A stretch of DNA of 37,674 bases from Thermoproteota archaeon (GCA_021160575.1 JAGHCH010000061.1:1-37674), one strand, 5' to 3'. Shown: positions 1 to 9,271, counted from the first letter of the stretch. Notes: a model not told the origin generated them from the sequence alone. Made by a program: numbers and translations.

Positions 1-510
1 CTATAGCCAGCGATAGCAAAGCCATACCAAAGGGAGCCTTAGCAAAGAGAACCCCATGGCGAGCATTGGGATAACCAGCACTACCTTCCCGAGAACTCTA
101 TCCTCCGGAACCCATGTCTTGGGGTTGTTGGGGTTTTGGTCATATCCTAAGTTGGCATCCCCCTTCGTCAAGAAGCGCCACTTATCTCCGATCTTCACCT
201 TCTTCACTGCTCTATGCACAACGGGTTCCGGGTTATAGAAGGTAAAGAAGAGAATCTCTCTTTTCACGGTGTGTGCCCGTAGATACACTATGATGTCGCC
301 TTCTGGAGCTGGTGCAGCCTTAATCTTCTCTGGAGAGACTCCCTTTACTACGATGAGCGACCCCTTAGCTATAGTAGGCTCCATGCTTCCTGAGCTAACA
401 GCCGCTATGGGGATCTCCGTAGCCAAAGCTACTCTGATGAAGGCGCTTACAGCGAGGAAGATCATCAGTACTGCTACTATGGCGATGATTCCACGATACT
501 TTTCCTTCAA
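1..510 (-). CDS. sec11: Signal peptidase I, archaeal/ER (Sec11) type; C-terminus probably frameshifted near nt 60 and running off the window
   Basis: N-terminal TM helix, SSGSMEP (catalytic Ser), PVVHRA (His) and TKGDAN motifs. TTG start overlaps the porB stop. Confidence 0.88.
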   Translation of the reverse strand: MKEKYRGIIAIVAVLMIFLAVSAFIRVALATEIPIAAVSSGSMEPTIAKGSLIVVKGVSPEKIKAAPAPEGDIIVYLRAHTVKREILFFTFYNPEPVVHRAVKKVKIGDKWRFLTKGDANLGYDQNPNNPKTWVPEDRVLGKVVLVIPMLAMGFSLLRLPLVWLCYRWL

Positions 511-1456
511 CTCGACCTCTTCTCCGCCGGGTACTCTACGACTGGTCCTAAGCCGAGCTGCTTAGCTTGCTCATCAACCATAGCCTGGATCTTCTCGATC
601 TCCTCGGGAGGAAGATGCTTAAACCTTCCTTGCATCTCTAAGTACTCGATCACTGGTCTCCTCTTGGGTACCTTCACCGTCAAGTGGAGTACACCGTTTT
701 CAACTTCATAGAGGGGCCACACGCCAGTAAGCACCGCCAGTTTAGCTATCTCTATGCCCTTGTTAACATCAAATCTCCACCCGGTTGGACATGGAGTTAA
801 AGCGTGGATCACAGCTGGTCCATCAGCTTTAATCGCCTTCACCACCTTATTCGCCAAATCAACTGGATATGCTGGGGTGGCGGTTGCCGCATAGGGTATT
901 CGATGGGCAACCGCGATTCCCACCAAGTCCTTCTTGCGGGTTTTCTGCCCAATGGACTTCTTGCCGAAGGGCGAGTAGTGGTCCAAGCGCCATAGGGGGT
1001 TGCCGAGCTCCTCTGTATCCCGGTGTTCATGTATGCCTCGTTGTCATAGCATATGTAGACGAAATCGTGCCCTCTCTCTAGAGCGCCGCTCAATGCTTGA
1101 AGCCCTATATCAAAGGTTCCCCCGTCTCCAGCGAGCACTATTACATGTGGATCCTCATCGGTTATCCCCCTCCTCCTCAACGCCTTGATAGCCGCCTCTA
1201 TTCCCGAGGCAACTGCTGCAGCATTCTCAAAAGCCACGTGTATCCATGGAACTCTCCAAGCAGTCTCCGGGAAGTAGGAGGAGGCAACCTCTAAGCAGCC
1301 AGTGGGAGACACTACAATGGTGTTCTCACCAGCTGCCTTCAGCACAATCCTAACTAAGGTGGCTACAGTGCAGCCAGCGCACATCCTATGCCCTGGAGCG
1401 AAGTATTCATCAAGGGGCAGCTCCTTCAATGTCTTAAACATCCTGAGCTCCTTCAT
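507..1456 (-). CDS. porB: Pyruvate/2-oxoacid:ferredoxin oxidoreductase beta subunit, split by a one-base frameshift near nt 974
   Basis: ORF 839-1456 gives [23 protein letters not shown] (TPP motif) and [28 protein letters not shown] 507-986 continues [17 protein letters not shown]...PCPTGW...QGRFKHL. Confidence 0.9.
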
Positions 1457-2646
1457 TCTCTCAACCCCACATACTCGCAGAGCACATCCACTTCCTCTTT
1501 TTCAGCTGCCTCTAGCAGCCGCTGAATCATGTAGTCGAAACCGGAGAAGGGCACGTCCCTCCCGCCGAGACCAGCGATGTAGTTCTTCACGAGGGGCCGC
1601 TGCCTTTCATTCACGAAGATGGTGGAAACCTCGGCGAAAGCAGGTCCTCCTAGACTTCCTGGAGAAGTAGCTCTATCGAGAATGCCTATCACCTTCAGCC
1701 CTTTTAATAAATCTCTTAGCTCTTCTGCTGGAAATGGTCTGAACACCCTAATCCTGACAAACCCTACCTTCGCCCCTCTCTCGCGCCACCTCTTAATTGC
1801 CGTATAAGCAGTCTCTGCTACAGAACCCATGGCAATTAACGCTACCTCCGCATCGTCCATGAAGTGGTGCTCCATAACACCATAGGATCTACCAAACATC
1901 TCGCCGTAAACTTCATCCGCTTCCTTGATCTTGGATCTCGATCTCTCAATGGCATCTATGGCTTGATACTTCATCTCAAAGTAGTACTCTGGAGGGCCGA
2001 CCACTCCAAGAGTGTATGCAGTTTTCACTGAAAGCCTGTTCCAGAGAGGCTTAGGCGGCAAGTATTCTTCAACTAGCTTCTTCTCCGGAACTAAAACAGG
2101 CTCCACGGTGTGGCTGAGGATATATCCATCTAGGTTCACCATGACTGGCAGTAGGACATCCCGATCTTCAGCAATTCTGTAGGCTTGAAGCACGCTGTCG
2201 AAAACCTCCTGTGCATTGGCAGCCCATATCTGAATCCACCCCGTATCTCTTTCAGCCATGGAGTCGCTGTGGTCGTTCCAAATGCTGAGGGGTGCTGAGA
2301 GGGATCGGTTGGCTATGGCCATTACAACGGGGGCTCTCAATACAGAAGTTATGAAGAGGATCTCGTGCATTAACGCTAAACCTTGTGATGCCGTGGCTGT
2401 GAATGTCCTAGCGCCAGCTAGGGAAGCGCCTAGACACGCGCTAATAGCTGAGTGCTCTGATTCAACTGGAATGTACTCCGCGTCGATAATGCCATCTGCC
2501 ACATATTCTGCTAGCTTTTCCACGATTGTTGTTTGAGGAGTGATGGGATAGGCGGCGATGACATCAACATCGGCAAGCTTCACAGCTTCAGCCACAGCGT
2601 AGTTTCCAGTAAGAGCGGTTCTTTTCTGCTGAACTTGCACTGCCAT
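1453..2646 (-). CDS. porA: Pyruvate/2-oxoacid:ferredoxin oxidoreductase alpha subunit
   Basis: [40 protein letters not shown] and GLGGRD motifs. Confidence 0.95.
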   Translation of the reverse strand: MAVQVQQKRTALTGNYAVAEAVKLADVDVIAAYPITPQTTIVEKLAEYVADGIIDAEYIPVESEHSAISACLGASLAGARTFTATASQGLALMHEILFITSVLRAPVVMAIANRSLSAPLSIWNDHSDSMAERDTGWIQIWAANAQEVFDSVLQAYRIAEDRDVLLPVMVNLDGYILSHTVEPVLVPEKKLVEEYLPPKPLWNRLSVKTAYTLGVVGPPEYYFEMKYQAIDAIERSRSKIKEADEVYGEMFGRSYGVMEHHFMDDAEVALIAMGSVAETAYTAIKRWRERGAKVGFVRIRVFRPFPAEELRDLLKGLKVIGILDRATSPGSLGGPAFAEVSTIFVNERQRPLVKNYIAGLGGRDVPFSGFDYMIQRLLEAAEKEEVDVLCEYVGLRE

Positions 2647-2647
2647 C

Positions 2648-2938
2648 CTATCTCACCTCAGAAACCATCTCTATCGCCCCCACAGGGCAGGAGTTGGCGC
2701 AAATGCCACAGCCCTTGCAGTAATCCAAGTTTGGCTCGTAGTAGCCATCCTCCCTCGGCTGCATGGCTGCATCTGGGCAATAGATCCAGCAGAGACCACA
2801 TCTAGTGCACTTCTCGTGATCCACTACAGGCCGGAAAGTTCTCCAAGCCCCTATATGGTATTCAGCTGAGCTTCCCGGCCTATCGTTCATGGCTCCTATA
2901 GGTATTTCTCTCCAGCCGAGGAGCTTTTTCTCAGCCAC
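2648..2938 (-). CDS. porD: Pyruvate/2-oxoacid:ferredoxin oxidoreductase delta subunit (2x[4Fe-4S])
   Basis: WRTFRPVVD, CTRCGLCWIYCP and CKGCGICANSCP. Start moved to GTG 2938, which overlaps the porG stop. Confidence 0.92.
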   Translation of the reverse strand: MAEKKLLGWREIPIGAMNDRPGSSAEYHIGAWRTFRPVVDHEKCTRCGLCWIYCPDAAMQPREDGYYEPNLDYCKGCGICANSCPVGAIEMVSEVR

Positions 2939-3488
2939 TTTCCCACAACCTTGCTTCTCTATGTGCTCTCCTAACAGCTCTAACATTTCTCTCGCCAATA
3001 CGAGATCCAAATCTCTCCCGAACAGCCTCTTCAACCCTCTCCAAGGGAATGGCATCTATGGCTTTAGTTGCCGCCCCGAGCATAGCTGTGTTCACAATGG
3101 GCACCTTTAACTCCTCTAAGGCGATCTTTGTGGCATCCACCGAGAAAATCTTGCTGGCGGAGGGGAAAATCCTTCTAAACTCTGCGGGATCCTTAGCGGA
3201 GTTGACTATTGCGACGCCGCCTTGCTTCAAACCTTCTCCTATGTTCACAACTCCTATGAGAGAGGGATCCAATACTACCACTATATCCGGCTCATAGACC
3301 TGCACTCTCATCTTGATGGGGTTGTTACTGATCCTTGTAAAGGCAAGTACTGGGGCTCCTCTCCTCTCTGGGCCAAAGGCTGGAAACGCTTGTGCCCACA
3401 GCCCTTCGGCAATAGCTGCCTTCGCTAAAAGCTCAGCAGCGGTTACTGCGCCCTGTCCTCCTCTTCCATGCCACCTGATTTCCAGCAT
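2931..3488 (-). CDS. porG: Pyruvate/2-oxoacid:ferredoxin oxidoreductase gamma subunit
   Basis: EIRWHGRGGQGAVTAA, FGPERRGAP and PIVNTAMLGA motifs; first gene of a porGDAB operon. Confidence 0.95.
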   Translation of the reverse strand: MLEIRWHGRGGQGAVTAAELLAKAAIAEGLWAQAFPAFGPERRGAPVLAFTRISNNPIKMRVQVYEPDIVVVLDPSLIGVVNIGEGLKQGGVAIVNSAKDPAEFRRIFPSASKIFSVDATKIALEELKVPIVNTAMLGAATKAIDAIPLERVEEAVRERFGSRIGERNVRAVRRAHREARLWESG

Positions 3489-3629
3489 CAACTTACTTCG
3501 TCCCCCATTATAGCAGATAAGCCTAGTAGAGCTGAGAAGTAAAATGCTTTATGTTAGTACTAGTAACCGCGAGAAATCTCCAAGCAAGCCTTTAAGGGCT
3601 ACATGTGAAAATAGTTTGAAGCGGGGTGT

Positions 3630-4043
3630 ATGGCGCTGCCGCTGCCAGCTGAGGTACTTGAGGCCTTGGAGAACGGTAGGAGCTTTGAAGCGTGCTTCGA
3701 AGACGATAAACTAGTTATTGAAGGAGTCAGAGGAATAGTCAAGGGTTCAGTGTCCCGGAAGGATGTTAAAGGCGTGCGTGTCTCGCGAAGGAAGCCTTCA
3801 AAGAAGCAGCTGGAAGTTGTGAAGCAAGCGGCTGAAAGGCTTCTCGAAGCTAAGCGGAGCTTTAAAGTGGTGTTTCGCTCCAACGAGGTAGAGCTGCGTT
3901 TCGACCTAGACCACTACGTTCAGCTCTACCCCGATAGGTGCTCTGTAATGGGCTTTCACTCCCCGGATGAGCCTCCCCTTGACTTAATCTATGATCTCCT
4001 TCAGAGCTATGGTCCGGTGAGGCTCTACGTTCCTAAAACTTAA
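3630..4043 (+). CDS. Hypothetical protein (137 aa)
   Basis: GGGGTG SD-like sequence before ATG, protein-like composition, ends 16 nt before acdA. No family recognised. Confidence 0.7.
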   Translation: MALPLPAEVLEALENGRSFEACFEDDKLVIEGVRGIVKGSVSRKDVKGVRVSRRKPSKKQLEVVKQAAERLLEAKRSFKVVFRSNEVELRFDLDHYVQLYPDRCSVMGFHSPDEPPLDLIYDLLQSYGPVRLYVPKT

Positions 4044-4059
4044 CGAAAGTGGTGCCTCC

Positions 4060-5436
4060 ATGAATCATCCACTAACACCGCTATTCCAGCCGAAGGCTGT
4101 AGCCATAATAGGTGCCTCCCACGTCCCTGGAAAGGTAGGCTACGCCATCTTAGAGAACCTTGTTAAAGGCGGCTATGCTGGAAGGATTTATCCCATAAAC
4201 CCTCATGCCCGGGAGATCTTAGGCTTAAAGGTCTATCCCTCCATCCTAGATGTTGAAGACGAAGTGGACCTCGCAGTTATAGCAATCCCCGCTGGCTACG
4301 TTCCCGATGTTCTTGAGCAGTGCGGCGAGAAAGGCGTCAAGGTAGCTGCTGTAATCAGCTCGGGTTTCAGTGAAGTAGGCAATGTAGAGCTTGAGGAGCA
4401 GCTTCTGGAGGTTGCAAGAAGGTATGGCATTCGCATCTTAGGACCTAATATGTTCGGAGTAGTGTACTCTCCAAGCCGTCTCAACGCCAACTTTGGCATC
4501 GGGGAAGTCCACCCCGGAAAGATCGCGTTCATTACTCAAAGCGGAGCCCTCGGAGCAGCCCTCGCCTATTGGGCTACAGCCGAGAAGATAGGCTTTTCAG
4601 CCATCATCAGCGTAGGTAACAAAGCAGACATAGACGACGCTGAGCTCCTAGACTACTTAGCGGAGGATCCCAACACTCGGGTAGTTCTCACCTACATGGA
4701 GAGCGTCAAAGACGGAAGGAAGTTCATGAAGTCCGCTAAGGAGTGCGCACTTAAGAAGCCAGTAATCGTAATGAAGGCTGGGCGTTCAGCGAAAGGTGCA
4801 GAGGCAGTTGCCTCTCACACCGGATCCCTAGCTGGCTCCGACGCTATCTACGATGCAGCCTTTAAGCAGTGTGGGGTGCTCAGAGCCATCACGTTCATTG
4901 AGGCCTTCGACTGGGCTAAGGTGATGGCTATGCAGCCTCCTCCAAGGGGCAAGAACACTGTAATAATAACTAATGGCGGCGGACTTGGAGTGCTAGCCAC
5001 CGACGCTTGCGAAGATCTCGGGATACCCTTACCTCCTGTCCAAGAGGATCTTCGAAGAGCTTTGAAGGCTATTCTTCCTCCCTTTGCCAGCCTTAAGAAC
5101 CCCATAGACCTCACAGGTCAAGCTGACGAGGATCTCTACTATCACAGTGTAAAAGCTGTTCTGGAACACCCCTCCGTGGATAACGTTATTACTCTTCAAT
5201 GTGAGACCGCCCTCGCACCAATTCTCGAAGTATCCAAGGCTATACTGGACGCCCATAAAGATGCTAATGTGGAGAAACCTCACCTCATCTGCGTGATAGG
5301 TGGTTTAAGAGCAAGGGAGGCTGCACACTTCCTTGAAGAGCACTCTCTCCCTGTCTATAATGCCCCAGAGAGGCCAGTAAGTGCTCTCCACGCCTACATG
5401 CAGTGGAGCCGCTTCACAGGTTTGCTCAGCGATTAG
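4060..5436 (+). CDS. acdA: Acetate-CoA ligase (ADP-forming) alpha subunit
   Basis: CoA-binding N-terminus (AVAIIGAS..GKVG), QSGALG, SHTGSLAG phospho-His motif, TNGGGLGVLATD and NPIDLTG. Confidence 0.92.
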   Translation: MNHPLTPLFQPKAVAIIGASHVPGKVGYAILENLVKGGYAGRIYPINPHAREILGLKVYPSILDVEDEVDLAVIAIPAGYVPDVLEQCGEKGVKVAAVISSGFSEVGNVELEEQLLEVARRYGIRILGPNMFGVVYSPSRLNANFGIGEVHPGKIAFITQSGALGAALAYWATAEKIGFSAIISVGNKADIDDAELLDYLAEDPNTRVVLTYMESVKDGRKFMKSAKECALKKPVIVMKAGRSAKGAEAVASHTGSLAGSDAIYDAAFKQCGVLRAITFIEAFDWAKVMAMQPPPRGKNTVIITNGGGLGVLATDACEDLGIPLPPVQEDLRRALKAILPPFASLKNPIDLTGQADEDLYYHSVKAVLEHPSVDNVITLQCETALAPILEVSKAILDAHKDANVEKPHLICVIGGLRAREAAHFLEEHSLPVYNAPERPVSALHAYMQWSRFTGLLSD

Positions 5437-5945
5437 CGCTTGCCAAAGTGCCTCCTAGCCAGCTCAAGGTAGCTCTTTGCATTATTTAATATTCTCTCCA
5501 CATCCTTCTCCGTCACTGTACGTACGATCTTCGCTGGCACACCAACGGCTATAGATCCCTCCGGAATCTCCTGTCCCTCTCTCACCACAGCTCCAGCTCC
5601 AATGATGCAGCGTCTTCTCACCCTGCTCCCAGTGAGCAGTACTGCTCCCATCCCTATAATCACTTCATCCTCGACAGTGCATCCGTGAATCACGCATCTA
5701 TGCCCTATTGTCACTCTCTCGCCAATCCGTGTTGGATAGCCAGGATCGGTGTGCACAACCGTGTGGTCTTGAACATTAGTTTCAGCTCCTATCTCTATCG
5801 GCTCAATATCTCCTCTAATCACTGTGAAGGGCCAGAGACTGACCTCTCTGTGGATTGTTACATCCCCTATTATGAGTGCTGTTTCGTCAATAAAGGCTGA
5901 GGGGTCAATAATAGGCTTCTTGCCCTTAAACATTCTGATAGTCAT
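5433..5945 (-). CDS. Gamma-carbonic anhydrase family protein (CamH/YrdA-like, hexapeptide repeats)
   Basis: IRGD, TNVQDHTVVH and TIGHRCVIHGC with three His ligands; left-handed beta-helix repeats. Confidence 0.92.
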   Translation of the reverse strand: MTIRMFKGKKPIIDPSAFIDETALIIGDVTIHREVSLWPFTVIRGDIEPIEIGAETNVQDHTVVHTDPGYPTRIGERVTIGHRCVIHGCTVEDEVIIGMGAVLLTGSRVRRRCIIGAGAVVREGQEIPEGSIAVGVPAKIVRTVTEKDVERILNNAKSYLELARRHFGKR

Positions 5946-6458
5946 TTACCTCCCCTCTTTAAACTCCTCCACCTTCACTGGATCTAGCGTAATGTCTACT
6001 ATGTAGTCGAATGGTATTTTCTCAGTCCACTTCGCGGCGTCGAAGATTCCCATCATGCTGAAGCCTATAACCTTGCCATCTTCGGCGAGCACCTCTCTTA
6101 GGAAACCGAGCACCTTCTCTATGGGCACAGCATACTTTGGTATGGCCATTCCACCCAGCAAAACAGCCACTTTGGCGCCTCGTGGATCGCCTTCTTCTCC
6201 AAGCTGCACTCCATAGCCCTCCACCATCACAAGTCTCCTAGCCTTGCTAATCTCAGCGTTAGGGCAGAAGTAGTGCTCAAGTTTCATTGCTCGGATAGCT
6301 CCTACCACGATCTCAGCAAAGGGGAGGCAGAACAGCGGCGTTCCAGCGAAGACCACCTTGCTTCCCTCATTTGGATTGATGGCTGCAAACACTGCCTTTA
6401 AGGAGTTATTCATGCCTACAGCTCCCTTATTTACACTAACAGTTCTCCTAACCCTCAT
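5946..6458 (-). CDS. DUF2124 family protein (methanogen-associated)
   Basis: FAGTPLFCLPFAE, GVQLGE, VLLGGMAIPK and W.EKIPFDYIVD match the family pattern as I recall it. Confidence 0.78.
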   Translation of the reverse strand: MRVRRTVSVNKGAVGMNNSLKAVFAAINPNEGSKVVFAGTPLFCLPFAEIVVGAIRAMKLEHYFCPNAEISKARRLVMVEGYGVQLGEEGDPRGAKVAVLLGGMAIPKYAVPIEKVLGFLREVLAEDGKVIGFSMMGIFDAAKWTEKIPFDYIVDITLDPVKVEEFKEGR

Positions 6459-6546
6459 GAAACTCCACCCTGCACTTCAAAGAGAAATTAATATTGTTTA
6501 TAAGGTAATAGTTTCTATAGCCTTACGAAAAGCTGAGGCGTTAAGT

Positions 6547-7176
6547 GTGATTCTCCAAGAGTTGAAGTCCCTCTCGGCTAGAGGGTTAAGAGGCCCTGCT
6601 CCGAGCTTCGACGAAATTCATATTGCAAGGGCTCTTTGCCTTCTTCACGATAACCCCCCTCTAGGGAGAATTGCACTTTCCAAGTCGCTCGGAATAGGGG
6701 AGGGAGCTGCGAGAACGTTGATTAAAAAGCTTTCCTCCCTAGGTTTATTGAAGATAGATGCTGTAGGAGGCTGCCTGCTGACGGAGAAGGGTGAAGCTTT
6801 AGCCCGGAGGCTGCGAAGCTTCTTCCCAAGGAATCTCCAGTTAAACCTTCCATCCCTAGGCGTAGGTCGGCATGGATATGCCATCCTCGTAAGGTGTACA
6901 ATTAGTGAGCACCGAGTTGTCTCAATTAGAGATATAGCTGTCCGCTATGGAGCTACTGGCGCTCTTGTTATCAAGTACTGCGAGGGGCGTCTAGAAGTGC
7001 CTCTCGTGTACAACGACTTAAAGGAGGAGTACCCCTCAGAAGCCAAGCTAATACTCTCCAAGCTCAAGCCAGAAGACGGAGACACAATCATAATAGCTTT
7101 TTCAGACACTACTTTAAAGGCCGAGCACGCTGCATGGGCCGCTTCTCTTCACGCAGTTAAAGGAGGTGCCCTCTAA
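6547..7176 (+). CDS. Winged-helix transcriptional regulator (CggR-like N-terminus plus DUF4443-like domain)
   Basis: GPAPSF..HI..AL, LGRIALSKSLGIGEGAARTLIKKL and IRDIAVRYGATGA. Start set to GTG 6547 after GAGGCG, because the longer ORF overlaps the divergent DUF2124 gene. Confidence 0.8.
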   Translation: MILQELKSLSARGLRGPAPSFDEIHIARALCLLHDNPPLGRIALSKSLGIGEGAARTLIKKLSSLGLLKIDAVGGCLLTEKGEALARRLRSFFPRNLQLNLPSLGVGRHGYAILVRCTISEHRVVSIRDIAVRYGATGALVIKYCEGRLEVPLVYNDLKEEYPSEAKLILSKLKPEDGDTIIIAFSDTTLKAEHAAWAASLHAVKGGAL

Positions 7177-7514
7177 TGCCGACTATTGTAGATGTGTATG
7201 CCGGGGCCTGTGGTTTCAGAACGATTATCAGAGCTGAAAGCGAAACCTACTCAGCAGGTGATGTCTGTGCTTATGCTGCACGAGTATTCATAGAGAGTGA
7301 GTGCCCATACATTAAAGATCTCGCCAAGAAAATCAAGAGGCTCACCATCCATGACCTATACAAGCCAGTAGGCGACAACCCTGTCTTTAAGGAGGCAGCC
7401 ATCTGTTTACGCCACCCCATGTGCCCTGTTCCATGCGCCATCCTAAAAGCAGCCGAAGCTGAAATGGGACTAGCTCTCAAGAAAAATGTCAGCATAACCT
7501 TCAGAGAGGAGTAG
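7176..7514 (+). CDS. Small Cys-containing protein, DUF6951-like
   Basis: GACGF, ESECP and HPMCPVPCAILKAAEAEMGLAL. TAATG overlap with the upstream gene and a GGAGGTG SD. Confidence 0.75.
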   Translation: MPTIVDVYAGACGFRTIIRAESETYSAGDVCAYAARVFIESECPYIKDLAKKIKRLTIHDLYKPVGDNPVFKEAAICLRHPMCPVPCAILKAAEAEMGLALKKNVSITFREE

Positions 7515-7521
7515 CTCTTCC

Positions 7522-8088
7522 ATGAGCAGCTTAATCCACCCCGCTCTCTACGAAGAACTCATAGCTGCTTCCCTTAAGTCAGAGGCAGAGCTGGCCGCCG
7601 CTCTTAGAAAAGTGCTACAAGAACTGGGCATGACCGTAAAGGAGTTCAGCGAGAAAACAGGTATCCCTGAGAGCACTTTGCACAAAATTCTCTCCGGAAG
7701 TAGGGATATACGCCTTTCCACCCTTCGAGTGCTCGTGAAATCCATTAAGAACCTAGAGGCACCGCCACCGAGCGAGGGTTCCATAGTTATAGGAGTAGTT
7801 GCAGCCCCCTCTTCTCTTAGATGCCTCACCCGCAGAGGATTCACCATTAGGGGCAAGCACGTAATCCTCAGGATGTATCCTGCTAAAACCATTGAGGATG
7901 CCATCATAGCGGCGATAGTAGCTGAAAGGGAGGGTGCCCACGGCATTGTCTGTGCCGAAATAGTTGGAGCGACTGTGAGGAAATTTGTGAGAATTCCAGT
8001 AGCCTACATCTACGTTTGCGAAGAGAACTTCTTGGAAGCTGTGAAGCAGCTTATCAGTGAGATGCGAGTTAAGAGCAAGAGTGCTTAG
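7522..8088 (+). CDS. XRE-HTH transcriptional regulator, COG4800-like
   Basis: LGMTVKEFSEKTGIPESTLHKILSG HTH plus C-terminal YPAKTIEDAIIAAIVAEREGAHGIVCA domain. Confidence 0.82.
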   Translation: MSSLIHPALYEELIAASLKSEAELAAALRKVLQELGMTVKEFSEKTGIPESTLHKILSGSRDIRLSTLRVLVKSIKNLEAPPPSEGSIVIGVVAAPSSLRCLTRRGFTIRGKHVILRMYPAKTIEDAIIAAIVAEREGAHGIVCAEIVGATVRKFVRIPVAYIYVCEENFLEAVKQLISEMRVKSKSA

Positions 8089-8096
8089 AAAGTAAC

Positions 8097-8137
8097 GACT
8101 TCCTAACTAGGATAGTTATCTATATATTAGGGAAGTC
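8097..8137. promoter_or_regulatory. Inverted repeat flanking a TATA-like box upstream of the ABC importer
   Basis: GACTTCC (8097-8103) and GGAAGTC (8131-8137) enclose TCTATATA. Confidence 0.35.
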
Positions 8138-8161
8138 AAGGCTTTCTATGGAGGTCTTACA

Positions 8162-9223
8162 TTGGCAAGTGCAAAGCTCATTGTAGCACTACTAGTAATT
8201 GTTGTCGCTGGTATTGGAGGTTATGCATGGTATCTTCAAAGCCAACCAAAGGTTCTAACCATAAGAATAGGCTATCAGCCATCTACCCATCAAGTGGCGG
8301 AATTCATTATCTCAGCTAAGGGCTGGCTTGTGGAGGAGGCTAAGAAGCTGGGCTATGAGCTGAAGATCGAGGAACACCTCTATCCCTCGGGGCCTCCGGA
8401 AATGGAAGCGTTTATGGCTGGCAGATTGGACGTGGTGTACGTTGGGGCTGCTCCCGTGGTCAATGAAGTCGGGCAAGCCAAAGGCAAGGGTGCACCCCTA
8501 GCTAAGATAGTAGCTTCTACTAACACCCAAGGCTCGGCATTAGTCGTTAGGAAAGACTTCAACTACACTGGTCCCGAAAGCTTGAAGGGAGCAGTCATCG
8601 GCACCTTCCCGCCGGGAAGCATTCAAGACGCCATCCTCAAAGACTGGCTCACCAGCAACGGACTAACCTTCGGCGCCCCTGGAGAAGGTAAGGATGTGAC
8701 CATTATCGCTGGCGGTCCATCAGAGCTCGTCGAAGCTCTGGAGGCCGGAACCGCGGATGCCATTTTCGTTCCAAGTCCAGCGCCCGAGATCTGTGAACTT
8801 AGGGGAATCGGCAAATCTGTGGTGAACTCCTATGAGATGATGCCGGGACACGCCTGCTGCGTTCTAGCAATCAGTGATAAGTTCATTAAGGAGCACAGAG
8901 AGCTAGCCAAACTCATAGTCAAGCTGCATATAAAAGCTCAGAAGTTCATCAAAGAGAACCTCGATGAAACCATAGAAATTGCTGCACAGAGACTCTCCAA
9001 GGACTGGGGCTACGACCTCAGCTTTACCAGAACAGTGGTTGAGAAAGCCTATAAGGAGAACCCAACAGCCCTAGAATTCCCATGGGATCCCCACGAAATC
9101 GTGGACTCGGTGCTCAAATACGCGGAGATACAGTACAAGCTTAAATACATCCCCATACAGCTCACCTGTGATGACCTCTTTGACCTCGACCTCTACGATG
9201 AGGCTGTTGCCGAGATGAAGTGA
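8162..9223 (+). CDS. ABC transporter substrate-binding protein, NitT/TauT/SsuA family
   Basis: N-terminal TM anchor, IRIGYQPSTHQ, SGPPEMEAF.AG.LD..YVGAAP, PPGSIQD and HACC motifs; GGAGG SD. Confidence 0.9.
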   Translation: MASAKLIVALLVIVVAGIGGYAWYLQSQPKVLTIRIGYQPSTHQVAEFIISAKGWLVEEAKKLGYELKIEEHLYPSGPPEMEAFMAGRLDVVYVGAAPVVNEVGQAKGKGAPLAKIVASTNTQGSALVVRKDFNYTGPESLKGAVIGTFPPGSIQDAILKDWLTSNGLTFGAPGEGKDVTIIAGGPSELVEALEAGTADAIFVPSPAPEICELRGIGKSVVNSYEMMPGHACCVLAISDKFIKEHRELAKLIVKLHIKAQKFIKENLDETIEIAAQRLSKDWGYDLSFTRTVVEKAYKENPTALEFPWDPHEIVDSVLKYAEIQYKLKYIPIQLTCDDLFDLDLYDEAVAEMK

Positions 9224-9271
9224 GAATAGCCTTATACAGGTGTTAGCAATTAACTGGAAAGTCTCAGCAGG

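Noticed and set aside
960-990. Programmed ribosomal frameshifting in porB
   Set aside because: No slippery heptamer or stimulatory structure is visible, and other isolated indels in the window point to error.
2939-3055. N-terminal extension of PorD in the ORF track
   Set aside because: It overlaps porG in another frame; GTG 2938 gives a normal-length subunit.
3557-3600. Short palindromes TACTAGTA and AGCCTTTAAGGGCT in the por/acd divergent promoter
   Set aside because: Too short to separate from chance or TATA context without comparative data.
6358-6546. Long N-terminus of the DUF4443-like regulator
   Set aside because: It overlaps the divergent DUF2124 gene and the AT-rich promoter; GTG 6547 is more plausible.
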